From a virus (lineage: Duplodnaviria; Caudoviricetes), in IMG/VR virus record IMGVR_UViG_3300024259_001623: a DNA stretch of 64,000 nt. One strand, given 5' to 3'. Both the position numbers and the translations under genes were made by a program. The notes under the pieces were generated by a model that was given only the letters and a program-made list of their open reading frames with translations, ran no database searches and was not told the DNA's origin. Shown here piece by piece: positions 1-10,132 of the stretch; the stretch's first letter is position 1, and each line of letters starts with the position of its first letter.

Positions 1-3000
1 GTTATTTCACTAATAATATTATTTACCATATGAGCATATTGATTTTCTACTGCGATTGTTATACCCCCATCACAATTATGAATAGTATTATTAATAATAT
101 ATCTATGCAGCCCGCCAGGTAAATTGATTCCAGAAGAAGACCATATGTTCAACGGATCATAAACATCATATGAATCATGAATATCATATATCAAATTACC
201 TATATAATATGATTCTGTCCCGAATCCTCCGCTACCCCCACCTACTCTGATCCCTACTTCTGCGTCGAATATCTCATTGTATAAGAACCACATACGTTCT
301 GGAGAATATTGCATACCAGTAGCAGAACCAGTAGCTCCAGCCTCAACATCATGAAAACCATACATAATATTTTCAGTAAATATAACATCGACAGCCTGTT
401 TAGACCATAATCCGGCTTGGTGATTGTTATGAGATATATTTCTACCGACGAAAATATGGTGACAAGTAGCTTGCGCTGCTGTTCCCGCATTAATCTGCAA
501 ACCATCACCGCTATTATGATACATTTCATTATCAACAAGAGTCAAATAACTAACTCTAGCCCCAGTAGCAATGCCATGTGCATCATCATCAAATTCTGGC
601 TTATCCCAATCTCCATTATCGTGTATAATATTATTATATGCAACGCCATTTGTATTATATGTATCAGTAACCCAGCTTAAAAAGCCTGTACCTCCGCCGG
701 TAAGGTTGCCGCTTACATCGCAATGACGGAACACACCATGATCTACTGGAGATAAAATAAAGATACCGCCCCTGAAACCACCGGATAGATCTCCATCTTG
801 GTCCCTGAAATCAATATTTTCTACAATAAAATAAGCACCTTTGAATTGGAATGCGACAGTTAATTCTGCCGGAACCGCTTTACTTCCGCCTCTAATAAAA
901 ACAGGATTCTCAAAAGTCCCAGTAAACGTTCTTACAAGAGATAGATGAAAATGATATACTCCTTTTATTTCTAATACAGATCCTTCCCCAGGATCCCCAA
1001 AAGGTATAGTCAATCTAGGAACAGATGGAGTTCCATAATCATTACCTGAATCAGTAGCACTAGGGTGATCAGGCTCAATATAATGAGTATAAGGTCCATT
1101 TGGTCCTATTTTATAAACTTCTGGTCCCGAACCATAGTCATATGTATAAGAAGGATCAGCATACATTAAATGACTCTCTTCTATACCAAAAGTAGGAGTC
1201 GGAACGCCTAAAGGAGCTACCCATGTTCCTATCTGTTCTATCATTACATCATCACCAGAAAAATCATCACCATATAAACGAACTGTCAACGTTCTGCCTC
1301 TTATTAATACTGGTTCTCCAATATTTTCCCAATTTATTCCAGTATCTTCAAAATCATTAGGATCTTGAGTCCTATCGATAATAGTAGTAGATAAGGTTCT
1401 TGTTATATCATCATTCATTTCATTATTCAGTGAATATACTGCATCCGTTGCATTACCAGGTGCAGAAGTCCAAGTAGCTGATACTTGATACATATAACCA
1501 GGATCTAAATCAGTAAATTGTCCTAAGAATAAATTAGTCGAACTACTAGAACTACTCACCGATGGGCTACTTGTTGAACTACTAGAAGAAGAACTATACA
1601 GGCTAGAGCTACTTGAACTGCTACTGCTGTATAAACTAGAACTACTAGAGCTAGAACTACTAGAGGAGCTAGAACTATACAAACTTGAACTACTAGATGA
1701 ACTACTAGATGAAGAGCTTGAACTATATAAGCTACTAGAACTAGAACTACTAGCTACAGGGGAGCTAGACGAACTGGATGAGCTACTAGATGAACTAGAA
1801 CTAGATGAACTGCTGTATCTGCTACTAGATGAACTAGAATCTCCAACTTCTATAAACTCATTAATACCAACATCATATCTATCTCCAGGAATAGCTCCGG
1901 CGATATCAAAATCTATATTATAATTGTCATTATTCTCAGAGAAGGGATCTTCAAGATCAGAATTAGTCTTGAGATAATAATTTTCGCTACCTAGATTTAT
2001 AGACACAAATTGGTTAGAAGCAGCTTTATTTTGCAAATTATTAGTAAAAATAGAAGCTGAAGTGTCATCAGATATATTATAATCACCTACTGTGTTAGGA
2101 TGAAAACCTTCATCTCCGTCAGCGCTGCAACCGCCAGAATAGCAATTATAACAATACATAGATCCAGCAGTAGTCCCGAAGAATGAATATGCGTCATCGG
2201 CTCCAGATGCGTCTAGATTATGAACAGTACAGTTATAACATTCCATACTGGCACTGGTATTGGCCTTAAATCCAACAGTATCTCCGAAACCAGTAGGAAC
2301 ATAAAGATCATATACTAAACAATTTTTAAATATAGTGTTTCCGGTTCCATCATGGTAAAATCCATATGCATTACTAGATCCTGTATAATTATATATAATT
2401 ATTTGTTGTATTAAAACATCAGAAGCATTGATTATTTCCACTCCGTAAGCATTTATTAAAGAACCAGAAATTCTAGTTATTCCAATTGAGCCAGTGCTAG
2501 TTCCATTATCATGTCCTCCAAGACGCATATAATCATCTATGATTCTAACTGCATAATATCCTGTTCCAGATTCTGATATTCTAGCTCCTGTCAAGTCAGT
2601 GTGATCAAATTCATTACCAGCTTCTGCTCTTAACCATAAGAATTTTTCATCAGTAGTTGTAAAACCATCAATATAAACTGTTTCATCATGAATTTCATCT
2701 AAAACTAATTCTCCAACCTGTGCTATTGATAAAACAGCAGATTGATCAGCAATCCAACCTTGTATGGATGTGTAATCTCCATTTCCGTCAGTTCTGATTT
2801 TGCTTACATTGGTTGGTAACGTGCCAGGCGAACTTGATGAACTACTGCTAGAACTGCTAGAACTACTAGAACTACTGCTAAATTTGCTAGAGGAGCTACT
2901 ACTAGATTGATTATTAGATGAACTAGAGCTAGAAGAACTAGAACTACTAGATGAGCTTTCTGAGCTACTAGAGCTTTCTGAGCTAGACGAACTAGAACTA

Positions 3001-4457
3001 CTAGATGAGCTTTCTGAGCTACTAGAGCTTCCAGAACTACTAGAGCTTCCAGAACTAGATGAGCTTGGGGAACTGCTGCTAGAACTGCTAGATGAGCTTT
3101 CAGAACTAGATGAGCTTTCAGAACTAGATGAGCTTTCAGAACTAGATGAGCTTTCAGAACTAGATGAGCTTTCAGAACTAGATGAGCTAGACGAACTGCT
3201 AGACGAGCTACTAGAGCCGCTAGATGAACTTGAACTGAGAGAACTACTCGATGAACTAGAACTAGACGAACTAGAACTTACTGAACTGGATGAGCTTGGA
3301 GAGCTACTAGATGAACTACTAGAGCTACTCGAACTACTGCTATATAGGCTACTAGAACTGGAGCTAGAGCGATCACCAGCAGAACTACTAGATGAAGGAC
3401 TAGACGAACTAGAGCTAGATGAACTAGATGAACTTCCAGAACTGGAACTGCTTGGAGAACTGGAACTGCTAGATGAACTAGAACTAGATGAACTACTAGA
3501 GCCGCTAGATGAACTTGAACTGCTTATAGAGCTTGAACTACTAGATGAGCTAGACGAGCTTTCAGAACTAGAGCTACTCCATGAACTTGATGAACTAAGA
3601 CTGCTAGAGCTGCTAGAACTGCTAGATGAGCTGCTTGAACTTTCCGAGCTTGAAGAGCTTGGGCTGCTTGAGCTACTTATGGAACTCGATGAGCTTGTAG
3701 AACTCTCTGAACTACTTGACTCGCTAGAAGAGCTAACAGCGGGAGAACTAGAACTGCTGCTAGACTCGCTGCTACTGCTTGATGAACTATAATTTAGTAA
3801 ACTACTACTGCTCGATGAGCTATATGCTGGTTGACTATACGAGAATGGGAAGATATCATCAAACCATGCTGTGTAGAAATACATTGATGAATATTCATCA
3901 ATATTGTCTATAACTAAATTATCAATATTATTTATTTTTGATAAAGTAAGCTCAAAATTATTATAGACTAAAGCTGCATAATTTTTATCAGTAACTCTAA
4001 AAATAAATTTCCAAGAAGCATCCTTAACAACGTTATCTCCGACAGTAGTTTTATCATATCCTAATAAATTTATAGCATTTACAAAAGTAGGATATCCTGC
4101 CAATATGCTATAAATGTCTAATCCTTGACCTTCAAACTCTGATGCATCTTCTGAATAACCGTCATTGGTACTATATTGAACTGAATACGCAAGAGATTTA
4201 TTCCCAACTATCATTTGAGATAAAAACGAAAACTCAAAATAGTCACTGAGAGTTTTATCCAAGAATATTACATCATCATTTATTTCAAGTCTTAAATTCC
4301 TGGGAGAAACGGTTTTAGAGACTGATTTAGTTGGGTAGTAACGAGTATTGAGCATTCGCACTCTAACTTTATTGGTTATAAACTTGTTGAGTACGATGCT
4401 ACTCTTTATCTCTGTACCTTCTCTATCTATGATTAAATTAGGATTATATATATCCAC
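1..4457 (-). CDS. Large Ser-rich protein with a beta-helix-like domain, putative virion structural or adhesin protein (3' partial, >1485 aa)
   Basis: GTG start at 4457, preceded by AAGGT. The same frame was open at spot checks near 4200-4450, 3800, 2830, 1545 and 3-40. Two poly-Ser tracts flank a G/N/D/T/C-rich repeat domain (CYNCTVHN, CYNCYSGG). It is absent from the ORF track, probably because no stop lies inside the window. Confidence 0.85.
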   Translation of the reverse strand, partial: MDIYNPNLIIDREGTEIKSSIVLNKFITNKVRVRMLNTRYYPTKSVSKTVSPRNLRLEINDDVIFLDKTLSDYFEFSFLSQMIVGNKSLAYSVQYSTNDGYSEDASEFEGQGLDIYSILAGYPTFVNAINLLGYDKTTVGDNVVKDASWKFIFRVTDKNYAALVYNNFELTLSKINNIDNLVIDNIDEYSSMYFYTAWFDDIFPFSYSQPAYSSSSSSSLLNYSSSSSSSESSSSSSSPAVSSSSESSSSESSTSSSSSISSSSSPSSSSSESSSSSSSSSSSSSSLSSSSSWSSSSSESSSSSSSSSSSISSSSSSSGSSSSSSSSSSSSSSSPSSSSSGSSSSSSSSSSSSPSSSSSAGDRSSSSSSSLYSSSSSSSSSSSSSSPSSSSSVSSSSSSSSSSSSSLSSSSSSGSSSSSSSSSSSSSSESSSSSESSSSSESSSSSESSSSSESSSSSSSSSSPSSSSSGSSSSSGSSSSSESSSSSSSSSSSESSSSSESSSSSSSSSSSSSSNNQSSSSSSSKFSSSSSSSSSSSSSSSSSPGTLPTNVSKIRTDGNGDYTSIQGWIADQSAVLSIAQVGELVLDEIHDETVYIDGFTTTDEKFLWLRAEAGNEFDHTDLTGARISESGTGYYAVRIIDDYMRLGGHDNGTSTGSIGITRISGSLINAYGVEIINASDVLIQQIIIYNYTGSSNAYGFYHDGTGNTIFKNCLVYDLYVPTGFGDTVGFKANTSASMECYNCTVHNLDASGADDAYSFFGTTAGSMYCYNCYSGGCSADGDEGFHPNTVGDYNISDDTSASIFTNNLQNKAASNQFVSINLGSENYYLKTNSDLEDPFSENNDNYNIDFDIAGAIPGDRYDVGINEFIEVGDSSSSSSRYSSSSSSSSSSSSSSSSSSPVASSSSSSSLYSSSSSSSSSSSSSSLYSSSSSSSSSSSSSSLYSSSSSSSSSLYSSSSSSSTSSPSVSSSSSSTNLFLGQFTDLDPGYMYQVSATWTSAPGNATDAVYSLNNEMNDDITRTLSTTIIDRTQDPNDFEDTGINWENIGEPVLIRGRTLTVRLYGDDFSGDDVMIEQIGTWVAPLGVPTPTFGIEESHLMYADPSYTYDYGSGPEVYKIGPNGPYTHYIEPDHPSATDSGNDYGTPSVPRLTIPFGDPGEGSVLEIKGVYHFHLSLVRTFTGTFENPVFIRGGSKAVPAELTVAFQFKGAYFIVENIDFRDQDGDLSGGFRGGIFILSPVDHGVFRHCDVSGNLTGGGTGFLSWVTDTYNTNGVAYNNIIHDNGDWDKPEFDDDAHGIATGARVSYLTLVDNEMYHNSGDGLQINAGTAAQATCHHIFVGRNISHNNHQAGLWSKQAVDVIFTENIMYGFHDVEAGATGSATGMQYSPERMWFLYNEIFDAEVGIRVGGGSGGFGTESYYIGNLIYDIHDSYDVYDPLNIWSSSGINLPGGLHRYIINNTIHNCDGGITIAVENQYAHMVNNIISEI
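1539..1838 (-). repeat. Second poly-Ser coding tract of about 100 codons
   Basis: Ser codons in frame with the 4457 ORF. Confidence 0.95.
2829..3821 (-). repeat. Poly-Ser coding tract of about 330 codons, including 5 perfect 18-bp repeats (3091-3180, SSSESS)
   Basis: Degenerate AGT/AGC/TCN codons; gatgagctttcagaacta x5 on the + strand. Confidence 0.95.
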
Positions 4458-4541
4458 TGTAAAAACCTTATCTATTTTTATTAAAAATACAAGCTATTTG
4501 AGCTTTTTCCTCTTAATTATATTGTGTTTATAATAAAAGAT

Positions 4542-4757
4542 TTATAAAGCCCCACAAAAACTAAAAAATAGTTGGTTTTTGTTTTGTTTGCTGTCTTTTA
4601 AACAAAATTCTAATTGATCAGCAGTTTCCCTATAAAGGGCAATTAAGTCTTCTGGTGAGTCGCAAGTCCCGCTTACCAAATTACCTAAAGTGTTATGAAC
4701 GATAACTCGTCCTTTTTTGCTTGAAAGCAGCTTAGTTATATTTTCAGATTTTCCCAT
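4542..4757 (-). CDS. Hypothetical protein
   Basis: 71-aa ORF in a tightly packed minus-strand run. Confidence 0.6.
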   Translation of the reverse strand: MGKSENITKLLSSKKGRVIVHNTLGNLVSGTCDSPEDLIALYRETADQLEFCLKDSKQNKNQLFFSFCGAL

Positions 4758-4767
4758 TATATATTCC

Positions 4768-5010
4768 TTATTTTAAAAATATTTCTAAATCAGAGTTTTT
4801 ATTTTCAACGCGATTTTTTAACATTTTAATCATAATTTCTTTAAAAGATATTGTTGTTTTTATTTTTATTTCTTGTGAACAATTATTATAGACGAGCCTC
4901 AATTCATAATCAAAAGAATCGTTTGTATCTGATATATCATGTACAAGGATACAATCTCCATTCTCAGATTGATAAACTTCTTCGTCAGATTTTATTCTCC
5001 ACCACTTCAT
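4768..5010 (-). CDS. Hypothetical protein
   Basis: 80-aa ORF with tight spacing to its neighbours. Confidence 0.65.
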   Translation of the reverse strand: MKWWRIKSDEEVYQSENGDCILVHDISDTNDSFDYELRLVYNNCSQEIKIKTTISFKEIMIKMLKNRVENKNSDLEIFLK

Positions 5011-5013
5011 TTT

Positions 5014-5547
5014 CTATTCCACTAAAATAACTAATGTATTATTCAAACCACACAAAATTTCATATAATTCTTCTAATTTAGACGTAGACATCAAAGACGC
5101 ACAATTGACTATAACATAATCAACATCTCTTATCCCCCTAATGTTATCCAAATTACCAGAACTAAAAGATAATATTCTCTGATTGTCTAAAGCTATTTGT
5201 TCTTTTGATCTAGATTCTGCATATCGAATCTTTTCTAAACTTTTTTCCATGTCTAATACGTTATTGAGTCTTCTCCTCATATTTCGCTTCATTTCTACTG
5301 TTTTTGCAATTATAGCAAATCTTTTATCCGGACTATTCTTAATTAATTTGTATATAGCATAGTCATGACCAGATTGTCTAGGACACCGTAACGCTATAGT
5401 ACAAAACTCTTTAAGCCAAGATTTTTTTGAGATTGAACTTCTAACATCGGTCGGGATTTTGTTTTGAGAATGATGAGCTATAACGATTAGATCTTTTAGG
5501 CAGTTGTACAGCATTTCTCCGGTATAAAGCATTTCTTCTGTTTCCAT
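5014..5547 (-). CDS. Degenerate P-loop NTPase-like domain (terminase-ATPase-like)
   Basis: PRQSGH resembles Walker A PRQxGK; RGIRDVDYVIVNCAS resembles RG...hhhDE with the catalytic residues lost. Confidence 0.45.
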   Translation of the reverse strand: METEEMLYTGEMLYNCLKDLIVIAHHSQNKIPTDVRSSISKKSWLKEFCTIALRCPRQSGHDYAIYKLIKNSPDKRFAIIAKTVEMKRNMRRRLNNVLDMEKSLEKIRYAESRSKEQIALDNQRILSFSSGNLDNIRGIRDVDYVIVNCASLMSTSKLEELYEILCGLNNTLVILVE

Positions 5548-5606
5548 AGGAACAACTCCTTTCCAGCTTGACAGGCTGATTTAATACATACTTTTATATC
5601 GGAAAA

Positions 5607-5963
5607 TTATAGACATGTTGAGAGATTGGCGACTAGCCCCAATAATTTATTATTGATATGATGGATATCACTTGCATCTAAAGAGTTAACAAAATTTATT
5701 GAATGTTGAATTATTTCTTTATCGCAGCCTGTGCTTTTGATATTGCCATCTCTTAATTTATATGTATACACTTTTAAAACATTTGCTAATGAATGCATTT
5801 GATTCATTACTTTTAATACTTTTGGATAATCATTATTTGTATTTGCATCACCATACGCATCTGTCAATTCCATAATCCGCTTGGCTGTTGATATTATCCA
5901 CTTTTCTGCTGAGGGGATATTAGCATCCTGTGCCGTTTTATACCATGATATTATTTTTCTCAA
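5607..5963 (-). CDS. Hypothetical protein with a WYKTAQ leader
   Basis: N-terminus MRKIISWYKTAQ. Confidence 0.75.
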   Translation of the reverse strand: MRKIISWYKTAQDANIPSAEKWIISTAKRIMELTDAYGDANTNNDYPKVLKVMNQMHSLANVLKVYTYKLRDGNIKSTGCDKEIIQHSINFVNSLDASDIHHINNKLLGLVANLSTCL

Positions 5964-6004
5964 ATTTATTTTTCCAATAGTGAGAATGCGTTATCTCTTT
6001 TTAT

Positions 6005-6349
6005 TTAATCGTTATATTCAAAAGTTTCGCCAGCACCAGCACGACCTAACAGGTCAACTAATTTCTCGGACAGGCCGGGATATTCCATGATCTCATTAGT
6101 TATATCTAGCCTAGCTCCATCAGAGGCTCTTAACCAAATTATATTATCTATCTCATAATTGGCAGTTTCAGTAGGATTCTCCCAAGTATCTTTGAAACCA
6201 GGATTGAAAGTTCCATTGACCTCTACTTCGATATAATCTTCATGAGTCATTTCTTCAAACATAAAATCATTAGCGTTGATGTTTAATGTCTCAGAAAAAG
6301 TTTGACCATAAGATAATTTGCTAAAAGATGCAGTCTTTATTTTTTTCAT
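6005..6349 (-). CDS. Acidic hypothetical protein with a KIKTAS leader
   Basis: N-terminus MKKIKTAS. Confidence 0.75.
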   Translation of the reverse strand: MKKIKTASFSKLSYGQTFSETLNINANDFMFEEMTHEDYIEVEVNGTFNPGFKDTWENPTETANYEIDNIIWLRASDGARLDITNEIMEYPGLSEKLVDLLGRAGAGETFEYND

Positions 6350-6361
6350 TACAAGCTCCTA

Positions 6362-6982
6362 TTAATTTCTTATATATAAGTAAACCGCATCATGTATTCC
6401 ATCCCATTTAGGTATATCAATACGTTCTACTTGCGACCATTCATTCTCAAGAGTGCAATGAAGGTCGTCATCTCCAGTGCATCCCCACCCTCCTTCTCCA
6501 ACATAAACTAGCTTATTTCCTTTAAAATTCTTTATAGCTTCATTCGCCATTGAATCAGCATATGGAGGCCAAACTGTCATCAAAACTCCATAACCACCAT
6601 ATTTCTCTAAAGCTTTTAAAGCATCTAAACTCTCTACATGAGTAAAAGACTTAGAAGAAGGATTAAATTTTTCTCCATAATAATCTGAATGTGCATCAGT
6701 AGCGGCAATATCTGCTCCTTCATCCTGTAGCAACTTGGCCCATAAACCATAACCAGCACCAATCTCTAATATTTTTTCGCCGGCAATAAAATCATTTATT
6801 TTTGATATGGCTTCTCTATTGGGAACAGACCAACCATAATCTTTTATATATTTATCTCTTCTATACCAATCCATCAAAGATTTATGCTTTTTATCTTGTA
6901 ATTCGTCAAGATAACCTTCACCGCCAGGCCCATAATGCTCCAAATCCTCATATAGCCCCATTGATGTTTTGTACCAATTCAT
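6362..6982 (-). CDS. Class I SAM-dependent methyltransferase with an MNWYK leader
   Basis: Motif I ILEIGAGYGLW. Confidence 0.8.
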   Translation of the reverse strand: MNWYKTSMGLYEDLEHYGPGGEGYLDELQDKKHKSLMDWYRRDKYIKDYGWSVPNREAISKINDFIAGEKILEIGAGYGLWAKLLQDEGADIAATDAHSDYYGEKFNPSSKSFTHVESLDALKALEKYGGYGVLMTVWPPYADSMANEAIKNFKGNKLVYVGEGGWGCTGDDDLHCTLENEWSQVERIDIPKWDGIHDAVYLYIRN

Positions 6983-7356
6983 TAATTATACTCAAATATT
7001 CTAGGATTTCCAAATGCCCTATCTAACTCTTTTATAACCCTCTTTTTAGCAAAATCCATTCTGCTGATCGGGCCATCATAAACTATCGCAGGAAAATATA
7101 CCACACTGGCTGTATGCCTTTTAGCTTCATATCTGCCTCTAGCAAACATTTCATTCTTGTCTGGCCATAAGTCCAAATGAGTCAAAGTTTTACCTTCTTC
7201 ATTATATAAGTCTTTTATATCTAAACTAAAATCTTTATACATAACCCATATCTTATCGCCAGGAGCATCCTTATGTCCTACACTTAAATAGAAAGGATTC
7301 TCATATCTAGAATCATCAACAGGCAGGGCTATTTTTATTTGTTTATACCAGTTCAT
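6982..7356 (-). CDS. MNWYK paralog family protein (copy 1)
   Basis: Leader MNWYKQIKIALPV; YLSVGH, W, H, ARGRY, LD..FGNP. Confidence 0.9.
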   Translation of the reverse strand: MNWYKQIKIALPVDDSRYENPFYLSVGHKDAPGDKIWVMYKDFSLDIKDLYNEEGKTLTHLDLWPDKNEMFARGRYEAKRHTASVVYFPAIVYDGPISRMDFAKKRVIKELDRAFGNPRIFEYN

Positions 7357-7739
7357 TATCTATACTCAATTATTGTAGGATTATTAAATTGTTTATCCAA
7401 AACAGATATAATTTTTTCTCTCATTTTTTCTCTTCTAGGAGGAAATCGAACCATACTATATTTTTGTTCATAAACTAAACTTATTCTATGATTAAAATCT
7501 TCATATCTTCCTCTCGCTAACATATCAGACCGATCTGGCCATAAATCTTCATGAGTGAGTACAATACCATCTTCATTATATAAATCATAAACATCTAGAT
7601 AATAATCACTAAATAATGCCCATATCTGGTCCAAAGGTTTGTCCTGATGTCCTACACTTAAATACGAAGGGCGACGATGACCTCGTTCGTATCTTGTATC
7701 GACAGGCAATGCTATTTTTATTTTTTTATACCAGTTCAT
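7356..7739 (-). CDS. MNWYK paralog family protein (copy 2)
   Basis: YLSVGH, ARGRY, LDKQFNNP. Confidence 0.9.
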   Translation of the reverse strand: MNWYKKIKIALPVDTRYERGHRRPSYLSVGHQDKPLDQIWALFSDYYLDVYDLYNEDGIVLTHEDLWPDRSDMLARGRYEDFNHRISLVYEQKYSMVRFPPRREKMREKIISVLDKQFNNPTIIEYR

Positions 7740-8437
7740 TCTGCTTCCCTCAAATATCTAGCAGGAATGTCATTATAAAATATTACTGTACCATGACTTA
7801 ATCCATCCGAACTGTCCACTTCATAATAAAAATCCTCTAAACCAATCTTATGAGCTAATGTCTCTATCAATTCGGCCTCTTCTAAAGGCCCTTCTTTGCC
7901 CACAGTTGGCATGTAACCATCTCTTTTCATCTGTCCGACGTTAATCTCAATCACCTTATCATAATGGTTCCTGGGGGTTCCTGGGTCATCAGAAGTAAAC
8001 ACAGCAGACCCAGTTCCTCTGTTAGAAATCCCTCTAGTCTCATCTCTAGATTCAAGACCATTTCTTATTATATCATCAAACCTCTCTTCGCCAGTTCCAT
8101 GATATAACATAAATCCATCAGAAACGTCATCCCAAAATTCTTTATTAAAATCTCTTTCGTCTACATAACGATAAGCATTTCCGCTGTTCGCTATATTCTG
8201 GATCCAGTCTACAGGCTCTTGAACTTCATAATATCCACCTAATTCAATTATCACATGAGTACCATTAATAATGGCAGATATTATTCTATCACCATCGAAA
8301 TCAATGATCTCGAAGTCTTTAGTTAATCTCTGTATAAGATTTATAACTTCTTCATCGCTATTACTATCTTCAATATAAGATTCGTAATCTGCGATTAAGT
8401 CTGCTTGCTCAATTTGTGCTTGCTTATACCAGTTCAT
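7736..8437 (-). CDS. Putative ADP-ribosyltransferase-fold protein with an MNWYKQAQ leader
   Basis: LYHGT...IIRNGL...AVFTS pattern typical of the ART/Tpt1-like fold. Confidence 0.55.
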   Translation of the reverse strand: MNWYKQAQIEQADLIADYESYIEDSNSDEEVINLIQRLTKDFEIIDFDGDRIISAIINGTHVIIELGGYYEVQEPVDWIQNIANSGNAYRYVDERDFNKEFWDDVSDGFMLYHGTGEERFDDIIRNGLESRDETRGISNRGTGSAVFTSDDPGTPRNHYDKVIEINVGQMKRDGYMPTVGKEGPLEEAELIETLAHKIGLEDFYYEVDSSDGLSHGTVIFYNDIPARYLREAE

Positions 8438-9243
8438 ATTATATACGGATCTATTTTATCAATTATTCTTTTAAGTTGAGTTCCCCAACCTTTACGGTTG
8501 AAGTCAGTTATTTTATTTCCAATATCTTTTGCACTCCAAGGTAATCTATAATTATATCGTTTACCATTGATGTATAAAGTCATCTCTCCGTAACTGTTGG
8601 CTCCATCAACAATAACAGTAAGAGATTTTTTCTTTTCGGGCACTATTTTTTCTTCAGTCTGTTTTACATTAGGAACTGGTTTATCAAAATCGTATTTAAC
8701 AGGCTCGGCAAATCCGAATTGTCCTTGAGAGGCCCATCTTTCGGCTTTTTGTCCGATAGCAAAACCTCTTATCTTCATCGGATTGGCTTGTTCTATAATG
8801 TGAAATGGAACATTCTCATACCATTTATTATTACTCATCACATATATATTAAACATGTCTCTTTCTGCTTCTTCATTAAAGGCATCATATAAACCATTTG
8901 CTATATTTCTTAAATCTTGAGAGGTTAAAGTATTTGTTTCTACATTATTGCCTTCTAGGCGTTTCCATCCCCACTGAACCATAGCATATTCCCTAAGATC
9001 CGCTTCCCCTAAAATGAGTTTGATATCTTCTTCAGTTACTCCTCTTTCTTTGAGTTCTTCTTCGCTCATTAAAATATAATCAACTTCATTTGGATCAATG
9101 TCATATTTAGCCATAACCTGTTCAGCGACGTAAGCCTCATGATTGTAATCGCTTACGTCGCCATCAGCATATAATGCATTACCAGAATCATCTATCCAAT
9201 ATTCTCCAGAAACGGCTAATTTTATTTGTTTATACCAATTCAT
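8434..9243 (-). CDS. Multidomain hypothetical protein with an MNWYKQIKLA leader
   Basis: Shares the leader; its W...NH...GWKRL segment is only distantly similar to the paralog family. Confidence 0.85.
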   Translation of the reverse strand: MNWYKQIKLAVSGEYWIDDSGNALYADGDVSDYNHEAYVAEQVMAKYDIDPNEVDYILMSEEELKERGVTEEDIKLILGEADLREYAMVQWGWKRLEGNNVETNTLTSQDLRNIANGLYDAFNEEAERDMFNIYVMSNNKWYENVPFHIIEQANPMKIRGFAIGQKAERWASQGQFGFAEPVKYDFDKPVPNVKQTEEKIVPEKKKSLTVIVDGANSYGEMTLYINGKRYNYRLPWSAKDIGNKITDFNRKGWGTQLKRIIDKIDPYII

Positions 9244-9680
9244 TAATCATCCTCGTATATAACAGGATTCCCAAAAGTATCATCTAATATCTGATATATT
9301 TTTTTATTTAAATATTCTTGTCTTTTAGGGTTTTTATCATATGACATATTTGTTAAAGAAACGGCATGTTTTTCTTTATCATATCTTCCTTTTGCCATCG
9401 CGTTATACCCGCTATGAGAATTGAGTCTAACATTACCAAACCTATCTATTGTTAAAGCTGGAAGAACTTTTATAGAAAAATCATAATAAATATACCATAT
9501 TTGATCTTTGTCTATATTTTCTAAAATTTGTTCTTGTATATTTTTTGGCAGAGAAGAAAGTTTTTTGTTTCTGTAATTTTTAGCATCAAAAAAACTACTA
9601 TGTCCTACATCAAAATATCCTACATCAGTAGGAGTATCCATTACAGGTAAAGCAATTTTTATTTGTCTATACCAATTCAT
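9243..9680 (-). CDS. MNWYK paralog family protein (copy 3)
   Basis: YFDVGH, AKGRYD, LDDTFGNP. Confidence 0.9.
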   Translation of the reverse strand: MNWYRQIKIALPVMDTPTDVGYFDVGHSSFFDAKNYRNKKLSSLPKNIQEQILENIDKDQIWYIYYDFSIKVLPALTIDRFGNVRLNSHSGYNAMAKGRYDKEKHAVSLTNMSYDKNPKRQEYLNKKIYQILDDTFGNPVIYEDD

Positions 9681-9682
9681 TA

Positions 9683-10132
9683 TTAAAATCCGTATATAGG
9701 AGCATTTTTAAATATATGATCTAATATTCTATAAATCCTTTTTTTAGAATATTCTTGTCTCTTAGGATTGTCAGATGATGGGAAATATCCTACAAATGAA
9801 ACTACATTTTTATTTTTATCATATCTACCCTGAGCTAAAACATCTTTTCCATTTATCGAGTCCCGATGCGTATTTATCATAATAAAGCCATTATCAGCTA
9901 TTTCCATTGCAGGGACTAAAAGAAAATTAAAATCTTTTAAGATATACCATAAAGCTTCTTTATGTTCAAAATCCCGTATGATTTTCTGCTCTTCTTCAGG
10001 ATATTCATTTATATTCGTATTATTATATTTTCTTGCAGAAAAGTTTACATTATGCCCAACGTCGAAATAAGTCATCTTACCAGGGGCTTCTGTAATAGGA
10101 ACAGCTAATTTTATTTGTTTATACCAATTCAT
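9683..10132 (-). CDS. MNWYK paralog family protein (copy 4)
   Basis: YFDVGH, AQGRYD, LDHIFKN. Confidence 0.9.
   Translation of the reverse strand: MNWYKQIKLAVPITEAPGKMTYFDVGHNVNFSARKYNNTNINEYPEEEQKIIRDFEHKEALWYILKDFNFLLVPAMEIADNGFIMINTHRDSINGKDVLAQGRYDKNKNVVSFVGYFPSSDNPKRQEYSKKRIYRILDHIFKNAPIYGF

Noticed and set aside
254-680. ORF-track entries 254-538 (-) and 417-680 (+)
   Set aside because: They are off-frame or antisense shadows of the long ORF from 4457 to the left edge.
2829-3821. CRISPR array or noncoding satellite
   Set aside because: The repeats are in-frame Ser codons with no spacers. No repeat-spacer array or cas gene was seen anywhere in the window.
4494-4496. In-frame TAG upstream of the large ORF as a sign of stop-codon recoding
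   Set aside because: A GTG start with an RBS lies downstream of it, all long genes are intact under code 11, and no canonical suppressor tRNA was found.
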